The notes: generated from the letters alone by a model not told the origin. Shown: positions 38,401-47,600, numbered from the stretch's first letter. The stretch: 64,000 nt of DNA from an uncultured Bacteroidales bacterium (GCA_964421355.1 CAYQWX010000003.1:2534-66533), one strand, 5' to 3'. Numbers and translations: made by a program.

Positions 38401-38419
38401 TTGAAAAAAGGCACTTTTT

Positions 38420-39637
38420 ATGGACATTCAGAAAATTAGAACCGATTTCCCAATCTTAAAAAGAAAAATCGGAAAGTATGATTATGTTTATTTAGACAAC
38501 GCCGCTACTACACAAAAACCACAAGTAGTAATAGATACGGTAAATGAAATATATAGTCTGCTAAATAGCAATATTCATCGCGGTAATCATTATTTAAGTC
38601 AATTACTTACCAATAAGTTTGAAGAAGCCCGCAAAACAATACAAAATTTTGTAAATGCTCAATATGACCATGAAATAATTTTTACTTCCGGTACCACAAT
38701 GTCTATAAATACAATTGCATACACATTTCTTCAAAGGTTTGCAAAACAAGGAGATGAAATAATAATAACAGAATCGGAACACCATGCAAATATAGTCCCA
38801 TGGCAAATAGTAGCAAATATTATGGGACTCACCATTAAATATATACCACTAAAAGAAAACGGAACACTAGCAGTAGAACAACTTGAAAACCTGATAACGG
38901 AAAAAACAAAGATAGTAGGTGTAGCACAGGTAGCCAATGCAACAGGAGTAATTCATCCTGTAAAACAAATAATAAATATTGCTCACAAATATGATATTCC
39001 TGTAATGATAGATGCCGCACAATCTATACAACACATAAAAACAGATGTACAGGAATTAGATTGTGACTTTTTGGTATTTTCCGGACATAAAATTTATGGA
39101 CCTACAGGAATAGGTGTTCTATATGGAAAAGAAAAATGGTTAGAAAAAATGCCACCTCTTTTTGGAGGAGGAGAAATGATAGACGAAGTAACAATGCAAA
39201 AAACCACCTACAACCAGTTGCCATTCAAAATGGAAGCAGGCACACCACATTATGTTGGTGCAATAGGATTAGCTGAAGCTATAAAATATATTGACAAAAT
39301 AGGATTAGAAAATATAGCATCACACGAACATAAAGTGCTTTCAAAAGCAAATGAACTTGCAAACAAAAATCCAAATTTACGCATTATCGGAGGAGAAGCA
39401 CTAAATAGAACAAGTGTATTGTCTATGGTACATAAATTTATTCCCGTAGGAGATATGGGCATGCTGTTAGACCAATTTGGCATTGCTATACGCGTAGGAC
39501 ACCATTGTGCCCAACCTCTTATGCGTTTTATGAAAATAAGCGGCACAGCAAGATTATCTATAGCTATGTATAACACCATTGAAGAAATAGAATACTTTTT
39601 TGATTCTTTATCCAAAATAGAAAAAATGTTTATGTAA
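38420..39637 (+). CDS. sufS: cysteine desulfurase, SufS/CsdA subfamily
   Basis: Motifs HHANIVPWQ, SGHKIYGPTGIGVLYG (PLP Lys) and RVGHHCAQP (active-site Cys). Confidence 0.9.
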   Translation: MDIQKIRTDFPILKRKIGKYDYVYLDNAATTQKPQVVIDTVNEIYSLLNSNIHRGNHYLSQLLTNKFEEARKTIQNFVNAQYDHEIIFTSGTTMSINTIAYTFLQRFAKQGDEIIITESEHHANIVPWQIVANIMGLTIKYIPLKENGTLAVEQLENLITEKTKIVGVAQVANATGVIHPVKQIINIAHKYDIPVMIDAAQSIQHIKTDVQELDCDFLVFSGHKIYGPTGIGVLYGKEKWLEKMPPLFGGGEMIDEVTMQKTTYNQLPFKMEAGTPHYVGAIGLAEAIKYIDKIGLENIASHEHKVLSKANELANKNPNLRIIGGEALNRTSVLSMVHKFIPVGDMGMLLDQFGIAIRVGHHCAQPLMRFMKISGTARLSIAMYNTIEEIEYFFDSLSKIEKMFM

Positions 39638-39643
39638 TAACAA

Positions 39644-41101
39644 ATGAGTCCAGTTTTAATATTACTTGTAGTTTTTCTTTATTTTTTATTTTTAGTTACA
39701 GTTTCATTTTTAACTTCACACAAAGCCAAAAACAGTGACTTTTTCATAGGCAGCCGTAAGCAATCATGGCTTTTGGTATCTTACGGAATGATAGGTGCAT
39801 CATTATCAGGCATTACATTTATCTCAGTACCCGGCTGGGTGCTTACCAACAAGTTTGCATATATGCAAATGGTATTGGGCTATGTGCTTGGATATGTATT
39901 TATTGCCCATGTACTACTTCCAGTATATTATAAATTGAACCTTACAAGTATATACTCCTATTTGGAAAAACGATTTGGAAAAATAACACATAAAACAGGA
40001 GCAATATTTTTCTTAATTTCACGAATTATTGGAGCTTCTCTTCGCTTGTTCGTTGTTACTGGAGTATTACAATATGTAGCATTAAACGCTATGGGAATAC
40101 CATTTTGGCTAACTATAATTATAACAATATTGCTTATTTGGATATACACATATAGAGGAGGAATAAAAACCATTGTTTGGACAGATACCTTACAAACTAC
40201 ATTTATGCTATTGGCTGTAATAGGCACATTCTTCATATTACTGCATGATATGGGTTGGAATTTCACTGATTTTATAGAAAAATTAAAAAATAGCGGAGTT
40301 GGTAAAACATTCTTTTTTGATGATTGGAAATCGGGACAATATTTTTGGAAACAATTTATTAGCGGAGCATTTATAACAATAGTAATGACAGGATTGGACC
40401 AAGATATGATGCAAAAAAACTTAAGTTGTAAAAACACAAAAGAAGCACGTTGGAATATGTATTTGTTATCAGGAAGTCTTGTTATTGTTAATATTATTTT
40501 TTTATTATTAGGAGCTTTATTGGTATTTTATGCACAAGCAAATGCTATCACAGTTACAGATTCAGACCAGTTATACCCACAAGTATTAATGTATAATGGC
40601 AGTGGATTACTTATGTTGTTTTTTATACTTGGACTTATTGCTGCTGCTTTTTCCAGTGCAGATTCTGCTCTTACTGCCCTTACCACTTCCTTTGTTATTG
40701 ACATATTGGAAGCAGACAAAAAAGAAAATGAAGCACAACTTAGACGTACAAGAATAATTACACACATAATCATTTCTGCAATAATTGTTGCTATAATACT
40801 GATTTTTGCAAAAATCAAAAACGAAGCAATAATCAGCACACTATTCAAACTTGCAGGATATACCTATGGTCCTTTATTAGGATTATACACATTTGGGTTA
40901 TTTACTAACAAACAATCCAAAGACAAACTTGTTCCGTATATATCCGTTTTATCTATCTTACTTTCTTGGATATTAAGTAAGCAAATTCCCCTCTGGCTAA
41001 ACGGATATCATTTGAGCTATGAATTATTGATAATCAACGGACTAATAACATTTTGTTTGTTATGGTTAACCTCCTCACCCCAAATACACACAAATAAATG
41101 A
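39644..41101 (+). CDS. sodium:solute symporter family transporter
   Basis: About 13 predicted TM segments and the SSS signature GGIKTIVWTDTLQ. Confidence 0.8.
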   Translation: MSPVLILLVVFLYFLFLVTVSFLTSHKAKNSDFFIGSRKQSWLLVSYGMIGASLSGITFISVPGWVLTNKFAYMQMVLGYVLGYVFIAHVLLPVYYKLNLTSIYSYLEKRFGKITHKTGAIFFLISRIIGASLRLFVVTGVLQYVALNAMGIPFWLTIIITILLIWIYTYRGGIKTIVWTDTLQTTFMLLAVIGTFFILLHDMGWNFTDFIEKLKNSGVGKTFFFDDWKSGQYFWKQFISGAFITIVMTGLDQDMMQKNLSCKNTKEARWNMYLLSGSLVIVNIIFLLLGALLVFYAQANAITVTDSDQLYPQVLMYNGSGLLMLFFILGLIAAAFSSADSALTALTTSFVIDILEADKKENEAQLRRTRIITHIIISAIIVAIILIFAKIKNEAIISTLFKLAGYTYGPLLGLYTFGLFTNKQSKDKLVPYISVLSILLSWILSKQIPLWLNGYHLSYELLIINGLITFCLLWLTSSPQIHTNK

Positions 41102-42216
41102 AAACAGTTGTTATAACGGTAACTAACGATTTGCTTACTGATAACAGAATGTATAAAACCGCTAAATTCTTACTTTCACAAGGTTATAAAGTAATTCTAA
41201 TAGGTAGAAAATTACAAAAAAAATATCCTGAGTTTATAAATGATAAAAATGCAAAAACAATAAGGTTAAATCCTTTATTTAAAAAAGGAAAAATGTTTTA
41301 TGCCGTTTATAACTTGTTACTATTTTGGCGTGTATTATTTTTGAAAAAAGACATCTTACTTGCTGTAGATTTAGATACATTGTTTCCTATGTTTTTGATA
41401 AGCAAGCTTACTGGTAAAAAACTTGTATATGATTCCCATGAATTTTTTACCGAACTACCAGAACTGGAAGGCAGAAATTTTACCAAAAGTATTTGGCAAA
41501 ACTTAGAAAAAATAATCATTCCTCATATAAAATATGCTTATACGGTAAGTGAATCAATAGCAGAGGCTTACCACAAAAAATACGGGATAAAATTTGAAAT
41601 AGTAAGAAACCTTCCGGAATATAAAACAATAAACACAAACAATATACCTTCAAAATATAACCTATCTAAATATTCCAATGGCAAAAAAATACTACTGTAT
41701 CAAGGTGCTATAAACTTGGGACGGAATATTGATTTAATGATAAAAACTGTTTCTCTTTTGGAAAACTATATTTTGATAATATTAGGAGACGGAGACTTAA
41801 AGGAAGAAAACATACAACTAGCTAAAAAATTACAACTACTTAACAAAAAAGTATTTTTCTTAGGAAGAATTCCACTAACCAAACTAAAATATTACACAAC
41901 ACAAGCACATCTGGGTTTTTCATTAGAACAAAATTTAGGACTTAATTATAGATATGCTCTACCCAATAAATTATTTGACTATATAATGTACAATGTCCCG
42001 CAAATAGTAAGCCCATTACCTGAAATGGAAAAAATAATAAAACAGTATGAAACAGGTATAATTTATAGAGGAAATAGTGAAGAAGATTTAGCCAAATTGA
42101 TAATAAAAATATCTCCAGAACAATATACCACAATGAAACAGAATTGCATAAAAGCCGCAAAAGAATTAAATTGGGAAAAAGAAAGTTTAAAATTAAAATC
42201 TATCTATTTTATTTAA
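41098..42216 (+). CDS. glycosyltransferase (GT-B fold, group-1-like)
   Basis: 372 aa. The C-terminal half has GT1-like segments YQGAINLGRN and PNKLFDYIMYNVPQIVS. ATGA overlap with the symporter gene. Confidence 0.6.
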   Translation: MKTVVITVTNDLLTDNRMYKTAKFLLSQGYKVILIGRKLQKKYPEFINDKNAKTIRLNPLFKKGKMFYAVYNLLLFWRVLFLKKDILLAVDLDTLFPMFLISKLTGKKLVYDSHEFFTELPELEGRNFTKSIWQNLEKIIIPHIKYAYTVSESIAEAYHKKYGIKFEIVRNLPEYKTINTNNIPSKYNLSKYSNGKKILLYQGAINLGRNIDLMIKTVSLLENYILIILGDGDLKEENIQLAKKLQLLNKKVFFLGRIPLTKLKYYTTQAHLGFSLEQNLGLNYRYALPNKLFDYIMYNVPQIVSPLPEMEKIIKQYETGIIYRGNSEEDLAKLIIKISPEQYTTMKQNCIKAAKELNWEKESLKLKSIYFI

Positions 42217-42736
42217 TATAAAACATCAATGAAAACTCAGCAGTAACAGCACCCAAATTAAAAAACGAGCTATATGAATCCTCTTCATCAGCAACATTAA
42301 TAGAATAAATACCATACCCAAGCATAAATGAAATAGCTATTACATTCCACGTTTTGGCAGAAACTCCCAACCCAGTTCCAACAGAATAAAGTATAGGGTA
42401 ATCTACATTAAAAAAATAGGAATAATTGGCAGCTAGCCCCAAGTAAGCAAAACCTGTAAAATTTTTATTATCACGTATTTTATAAAAACCTGTAAGCCCA
42501 CCAGAAGCAAAAGCTATTCTAGAACCACTAAAAATAGGAGGCATTATAGTTGTTTGTATTGCCCAATGAGTTTTTATTTCCTTTTTCAAAGCAATACCAA
42601 TCCCGGTAGATGTTCCAACATTAAATCCCATTGACCAAGTTGAAGCCTCCTCATTTTTCACATCATTTTGTGCAACTCCCTTATTATACATCAACATTAT
42701 AAGTAATAATAATATAGAAAATATTTTTATTTTCAT
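42209..42736 (-). CDS. small outer-membrane beta-barrel-like protein, paralog 3 of 3
   Basis: Signal peptide. Alternating hydrophobic pattern. Shared motifs W.MG...G..TG.G.ALKK, MPPIF, GTGLG and a C-terminal FSLMFYIK. Confidence 0.6.
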   Translation of the reverse strand: MKIKIFSILLLLIMLMYNKGVAQNDVKNEEASTWSMGFNVGTSTGIGIALKKEIKTHWAIQTTIMPPIFSGSRIAFASGGLTGFYKIRDNKNFTGFAYLGLAANYSYFFNVDYPILYSVGTGLGVSAKTWNVIAISFMLGYGIYSINVADEEDSYSSFFNLGAVTAEFSLMFYIK

Positions 42737-43260
42737 TTTCTTTCTTTTGTTGGAATGTAAAACATTAAAGATACTCCAATATCCACAAAAGTAAAAAATG
42801 GATTATCCGCAGTCACCTTATTTTGAAAATCTTTATTTATTCCATATCCAATCCTTAGTGTATATTGCAAATTAGGTGTTTTCAAAATTGCCCCCAATCC
42901 TGCTCCTGCTTTCAGCCTTATATTATCTATACTAGTAGTAGATTTATAATTGTGAGCAGATATATAAGAAACTAACTCTATTTTTTCGGTTTCAGTTATT
43001 ATATACTGGCCAACTAAACCCAAAGAATAATATATAATATCTCTATAATTTTCATGATTTCTCCACTGTGATATAAATACAGGTGGAGTTACTACTCCCT
43101 GTATTTCAAAACTATTTTTAATTCTCTTTTTAAGAGCAAATCCAACTCCTGTAGCTCTACCTAGATTCCATCCGATTAACCATTTTGAATTTTCTACCTG
43201 AGCATTTGTAACAAAAATTAAAAAGAATGTAAATAAAAATATAAAAAAGCGTTTACTCAT
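42733..43260 (-). CDS. small outer-membrane beta-barrel-like protein, paralog 2 of 3
   Basis: Signal peptide. Motifs WLIGWNLGRATGVGFALKK, TPPVF, GAGLG and VSLMFYI. ATGA overlap with paralog 3. Confidence 0.6.
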   Translation of the reverse strand: MSKRFFIFLFTFFLIFVTNAQVENSKWLIGWNLGRATGVGFALKKRIKNSFEIQGVVTPPVFISQWRNHENYRDIIYYSLGLVGQYIITETEKIELVSYISAHNYKSTTSIDNIRLKAGAGLGAILKTPNLQYTLRIGYGINKDFQNKVTADNPFFTFVDIGVSLMFYIPTKERK

Positions 43261-43266
43261 ATAGTT

Positions 43267-43803
43267 TTATTTGACATAAAACAAAACAGAAATCTCTCCT
43301 GTAATAGAAGTAAATATAGAACCATCTGATTGAGTATATAACCCATATCCTGCCATAAACGATAAAGAAATGATATCCATTCTAAAAGAAAGCCCTAGTC
43401 CAGTTCCAAAATTCAAATTATTCCTATTAACCAATTCTTTTATTTCATCTCCATTCTGATAATTATAAGTATATCTTACATACTGGGAAAAATAATCACC
43501 TACACTTAAATAAGAAAAAGTGGACATATTTATATTTTCATAAAACTTGTAAAATCCCATTAATCCACCGGACATAAAATTTATTCTTTCATCTCGTATC
43601 CACGGAGGCATAAAATTTACTTGAATTGCAAATTTATTAAATTCTTTTCTTACCGCTAATCCTGCACCACTACAAGCACCAATATGAGCACCTATCATCC
43701 ATGTCTTATTTTGTATAGGAGTATCTGTTACTTTTTTACCCTGTGAAAAAAGATTTAGATTAAATAGAAATAATAAAATAACAACTAAATAAATCTTTTT
43801 CAT
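43267..43803 (-). CDS. small outer-membrane beta-barrel-like protein, paralog 1 of 3
   Basis: Signal peptide starts at the ATG at 43803 (the TTG at 43815 is less likely). Motifs WMIGAHIGACSGAGLAVRK, MPPWI, GTGLG and ISVLFYVK. Confidence 0.6.
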   Translation of the reverse strand: MKKIYLVVILLFLFNLNLFSQGKKVTDTPIQNKTWMIGAHIGACSGAGLAVRKEFNKFAIQVNFMPPWIRDERINFMSGGLMGFYKFYENINMSTFSYLSVGDYFSQYVRYTYNYQNGDEIKELVNRNNLNFGTGLGLSFRMDIISLSFMAGYGLYTQSDGSIFTSITGEISVLFYVK

Positions 43804-43808
43804 ACTAT

Positions 43809-44282
43809 TTACCAATTCTTATTTCTCTTACGAGCAGAGTAATTTATTTTAAGAGCATTTACTTTTCTCAATTCCTGCTTAACATCGGTAACTATACCCA
43901 TTTTTGTATCCTCATCTACTTTTAAAGAAGTAGTCATAAGAGGAATCATTTTTTCATTTCTTGCTTCGCGTTCTTTAATTATAAATTGAGGAACATCCTT
44001 CACTTCAGCAAAAGCATCATTTAATTGTATTCTTGGTTCAGTTCCGAATACTTTTTGGAAACGCGCTTGTGGCTTTCCTATGTAAATATAACTTACCAAT
44101 GATTTTTTTTCCAATTTTTGCAACTCTGTTGCTTTTGGTAATTTTACAATAATCTTAAGTTCCACTTCTCGCATAACGGTAGTTACCATAAAGAAAAACA
44201 ACAACATAAATATTATATCAGGCAAAGATGCTGTTGATATAGCAGGCACTTCTCTATCTTTATCTTTTTTGAATAATGACAT
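43809..44282 (-). CDS. exbD: ExbD/TolR-family biopolymer transport protein
   Basis: 157 aa. Single N-terminal TM segment LPDIIFMLLFFFMVTT followed by an ExbD-like periplasmic domain. Confidence 0.8.
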   Translation of the reverse strand: MSLFKKDKDREVPAISTASLPDIIFMLLFFFMVTTVMREVELKIIVKLPKATELQKLEKKSLVSYIYIGKPQARFQKVFGTEPRIQLNDAFAEVKDVPQFIIKEREARNEKMIPLMTTSLKVDEDTKMGIVTDVKQELRKVNALKINYSARKRNKNW

Positions 44283-44283
44283 T

Positions 44284-44859
44284 TTACTTTCCTCCTACAT
44301 TTTTAGGTTCTGCTTCTGATATTCTTTGCGGATAAATCTTCTTTATAGCTTTTTTTTGATCTTCAGGCAAATCGTTATAGTGTTTTCCAAACTTTTTCAT
44401 AGCCAATTCATCTCTTAACTCATTGTAAGCCGCTACCAACTCATTTTGAACAGCTATATACATTTTATAACTTGTTCCCCTATCATTCTGCAATGATATA
44501 ACTTGCTTGGATACGGGATAATTGCCAAAATATGGTATATTCATTATTTTCTTTTCAGGCAAATTAGATTTATTATAAGGATTAGCAATAAATTCTTTTG
44601 CTTTATCTTTTAATTGATGAATATCCAACGGCTCTCCTTCTACCAATAACTGGTCTTTACTATTTACCAATACTATAAATACATTTCTTTCTTTAATTGG
44701 AGGTGTTTTTTCTTGATTAGGCGGAGGTGGAGGTGGCAATTTCCTTACCAATCCCGTATCTACATCCATTGTGGTAGTTACCAAGAAAAATATCAATAAC
44801 AAAAATGCTATATCTGCTGTTGAACTTGCATTTACTTCAGGAACTTTTCTCTTTGCCAT
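44284..44859 (-). CDS. exbD: ExbD/TolR-family biopolymer transport protein (long form with Pro-rich linker)
   Basis: 191 aa. TM segment ADIAFLLLIFFLVTT followed by KLPPPPPPNQEKTPP. Confidence 0.8.
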   Translation of the reverse strand: MAKRKVPEVNASSTADIAFLLLIFFLVTTTMDVDTGLVRKLPPPPPPNQEKTPPIKERNVFIVLVNSKDQLLVEGEPLDIHQLKDKAKEFIANPYNKSNLPEKKIMNIPYFGNYPVSKQVISLQNDRGTSYKMYIAVQNELVAAYNELRDELAMKKFGKHYNDLPEDQKKAIKKIYPQRISEAEPKNVGGK

Positions 44860-44882
44860 ATTACAATGTATTTTAATAAATA

Positions 44883-44910
44883 GGAAAGAAGGCTAACAAC
44901 CTTCTTTTCC
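44883..44910 (-). promoter_or_regulatory. intra-operon hairpin between the 4-TM gene and the first exbD
   Basis: GGAAAGAAGG / CCTTCTTTTCC stem (10 bp with a 1-nt bulge) and a 7-nt loop. On the transcribed strand it is followed by TATTTATT. Confidence 0.4.
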
Positions 44911-44926
44911 CTATTCATTATTATAT

Positions 44927-45340
44927 TTATTTCAAACTATTATAAATCTCCGTAACAATTATTGATGTTATGGCTAACAAAAACAAAATATAAGTAGTAA
45001 TCAAACCTGTCCCCACTGCTTTTTGCATACTTGGAGTATTATCAGGACCACTATATCCTACCATATGCATTACTTGGTCAGATGCCAAAGCATACGCTAT
45101 CAAAACAATAACCGCCATAATTCCCAAACCGATAAAAGTATTTACGGCACCTTTGGGATTAGTTATCATTTGGTATATAGGAAATCCTATTGATAATACT
45201 GCAGCTATTCCAAAATATACATAAGCCAAATCTATTAATAATTCTTCTGAGATAACTTCTGTATAAAACAGTATTCCAATAAGAGCTCCTGCCCCAAGTA
45301 ATACATATAAAAATATGGTAATTGCTTTTACAAATTTCAT
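44927..45340 (-). CDS. hypothetical 4-TM inner-membrane protein within the exbB-exbD operon
   Basis: 137 aa with four hydrophobic segments. No motif recognised. Confidence 0.55.
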   Translation of the reverse strand: MKFVKAITIFLYVLLGAGALIGILFYTEVISEELLIDLAYVYFGIAAVLSIGFPIYQMITNPKGAVNTFIGLGIMAVIVLIAYALASDQVMHMVGYSGPDNTPSMQKAVGTGLITTYILFLLAITSIIVTEIYNSLK

Positions 45341-45354
45341 AATCTTAAATTATT

Positions 45355-46215
45355 TTATTGGTTATTTTTTTGATATTTAACCATAATATCCATAAAGGAA
45401 ATAGTAGCATCTTCCATACTTGTTACCAAACTGTCAACTTTTGATAAAATATAATTGTAGAAGATTTGAAGTATAAGTGCTACAATCAACCCCGATACTG
45501 TGGTAATCAACGCAACTTTAATACCTCCTGCAACCAAAGAAGCTGACACATCACCTGCTTTTTGGATAGCATCAAATGCTTGGATCATCCCGATTACTGT
45601 TCCCATAAATCCTAACATAGGAGCAATGGCTATAAACAATGAAATCCAAGTAAGACCTCTTTCCATAAGTCCCATCTGAACGCTACCATAAGATATAATA
45701 GATTTTTCTATCATATCTAAAGTGTTGCCATCTTTATATCTCATAAGACCTTGATAATAAAGACTTGCTATAGGTCCTCGGGTGTTTCTTGCTACTTCCA
45801 ATGCAGCATCTACACCTTGATTAAATAAAGCATCTTCAAACTGTTGAATAAATTTCTTTGTATTTATTGTGGCTAAATTCAAATAAAGTATTCTTTCTAT
45901 AGCAATAGCCAAACCAAAGATAAGTGATAACAAGATAGTTGCCATAAATCCGGCACCACCTTCTATAAATTTCTTTTTGATTTGATAATGAAGACCTGAC
46001 TTTTCGGGAACGTTTGTTTCGTCTTTTTTTGCTTCATCTTTTTTTACTCCTGCAGTATCTACCTTTGCAGTATCAGTCTTTGTTGCACTGGTATCTTTTG
46101 CTACTGCCGTGGTATCTGCAGCTGCTTTAGACGAATCTACTTCTACTTCCGCAAAAACAGTGTTTACACTGATTGCCATCAATAGTACTACCAATAATTT
46201 TGTCATTTTTTTCAT
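45355..46215 (-). CDS. exbB: MotA/TolQ/ExbB proton-channel family protein
   Basis: Signal peptide plus a low-complexity K/D/T/A-rich region. Then an ExbB core with three TM segments (GFMGTVIGMIQAF, ALITTVSGLIVA). Confidence 0.85.
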   Translation of the reverse strand: MKKMTKLLVVLLMAISVNTVFAEVEVDSSKAAADTTAVAKDTSATKTDTAKVDTAGVKKDEAKKDETNVPEKSGLHYQIKKKFIEGGAGFMATILLSLIFGLAIAIERILYLNLATINTKKFIQQFEDALFNQGVDAALEVARNTRGPIASLYYQGLMRYKDGNTLDMIEKSIISYGSVQMGLMERGLTWISLFIAIAPMLGFMGTVIGMIQAFDAIQKAGDVSASLVAGGIKVALITTVSGLIVALILQIFYNYILSKVDSLVTSMEDATISFMDIMVKYQKNNQ

Positions 46216-46366
46216 AAGAAATTATTTTTTTTTAATTATCAAAAAATGTTTTTTCAGCGTGCTAAATTATAAAAAAAATCTTTACCAAATAATGTTTTTC
46301 TAAAAAATGGAATTTTTATTTTAACAAAAACATAGAAGTAAGGATTTAGGTTTGTTCAAATAATGT

Positions 46367-46374
46367 TAATTTTG
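46367..46374 (+). promoter_or_regulatory. Bacteroidota -7 promoter box (TAnnTTTG)
   Basis: TAATTTTG, 18 nt upstream of the ATG at 46393. Confidence 0.4.
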
Positions 46375-46392
46375 CACAAAAAAATTAAATTT

Positions 46393-46737
46393 ATGGAATA
46401 TCCTAAAGTTAATGATTTAGAACATTTTGAAACATTAAGAAAAGATAATGCTGCTATACTATTTTATTTTTCCAATGATGACTGTAATGTATGCAAAGTT
46501 CTTAAACCAAAAGTATATGAAATGTTACAAGAAAAATACCCAGAAATAAAATTTTATTATGTAGATACAAAAGCAACACCTGATATAGCAGCACAAAATA
46601 GAGTTTTTACTATTCCTACTTTACTTGTATTTTTTGATGGCAGAGAACTCATTAGACGAAGCCGTTATATAGGGATAAATGAATTGGCAAACGAAATAAG
46701 CCGTCCTTATGAAATTATGTTTTCCGAAACGATATAA
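46393..46737 (+). CDS. thioredoxin-fold protein (CNVC active-site motif)
   Basis: FSNDDCNVCKVLKP and cis-Pro region TIPTLLVF. The ATG at 46393 is chosen because a -7 promoter box lies at 46367-46374, inside the longer ORF. Confidence 0.7.
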   Translation: MEYPKVNDLEHFETLRKDNAAILFYFSNDDCNVCKVLKPKVYEMLQEKYPEIKFYYVDTKATPDIAAQNRVFTIPTLLVFFDGRELIRRSRYIGINELANEISRPYEIMFSETI

Positions 46738-46748
46738 ATTACTAAACA

Positions 46749-47555
46749 ATGAACAATATTGATTTTTTATCTAAAAAAAATAAAAACTTTTTTTTACTTG
46801 CAGGACCTTGTGTAGTAGAAGGGGAAAAAATAACTTTTGAAATAGCAGAAACAATTGTAAAAATAACTGACAAACTAAAAATACCTTTTGTTTTCAAAGC
46901 TTCATATAAAAAAGCTAACAGAACAAAATTATCTTCTTTTAAAGGGATAGGAGACAAAGAAGCATTAACCATATTAAAAAATATAAAAAAAGAATTTTCC
47001 ATACCGATAATCACGGATATACATTCGGAAGCAGAAGCATATCTTGCAGCAGAATATGATGTGGACATTTTACAAATACCTGCTTTTTTGTCAAGACAAA
47101 CAGAATTGCTTATTGCAGCAGGTAAAACAGGAAAATATGTAAATATAAAAAAGGGACAATTTATGGCTCCTCATACTATGAATTTTGCTGCCGAAAAAGT
47201 AGCAAGCACAGGTAATGACAAGATTTTGCTAACCGAACGCGGCACATTCTTCGGGTATAATGATTTGGTAGTTGATTTCCGCTCCGTGCCTATTATGCAA
47301 AAAACAGGATATCCCGTGATAGTGGATATTACCCACTCCCTACAACAACCCAATACTACTAAAGGCGTAACAGGAGGCAACCCAGAACTGATAGAAACAA
47401 TGGGACGAGCAGCAGTGGCTGTTGGAGCTAACGGTATCTTTTTAGAAACACACCCTCAACCTGAAAAAGCGTTATCCGACGGAGCAAACATGTTACGATT
47501 AGAACTTCTGGAAGATTTATTAAAAAAATTGATAGCTATAAGGAATGTAGTATAA
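46749..47555 (+). CDS. kdsA: 3-deoxy-8-phosphooctulonate synthase
   Basis: LAGPCVVE, KASYKKANR, QIPAFLSRQT and DITHSLQ motifs. Confidence 0.9.
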   Translation: MNNIDFLSKKNKNFFLLAGPCVVEGEKITFEIAETIVKITDKLKIPFVFKASYKKANRTKLSSFKGIGDKEALTILKNIKKEFSIPIITDIHSEAEAYLAAEYDVDILQIPAFLSRQTELLIAAGKTGKYVNIKKGQFMAPHTMNFAAEKVASTGNDKILLTERGTFFGYNDLVVDFRSVPIMQKTGYPVIVDITHSLQQPNTTKGVTGGNPELIETMGRAAVAVGANGIFLETHPQPEKALSDGANMLRLELLEDLLKKLIAIRNVV

Positions 47556-47600
47556 AAAAGGAGATTAAAGAATATTTTTTTCTTCCCTAATCTCCTTTTT
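47555..47600. terminator. bidirectional terminator hairpin between convergent kdsA and chaN-like genes
   Basis: Perfect 13-bp stem AAAAAGGAGATTA / TAATCTCCTTTTT with a 20-nt loop. A/T runs flank the stem on both strands. Confidence 0.65.

Noticed and set aside
46363-46392. Longer start for the thioredoxin-fold gene. The same issue applies to the TTG starts at 61462, 6857, 43815 and 59390 in the ORF track.
   Set aside because: For 46363 and 61462, a promoter box lies inside or just upstream of the extension. For the others, a downstream ATG gives a typical signal peptide or a tight stop/start junction. The extensions encode no recognisable sequence.
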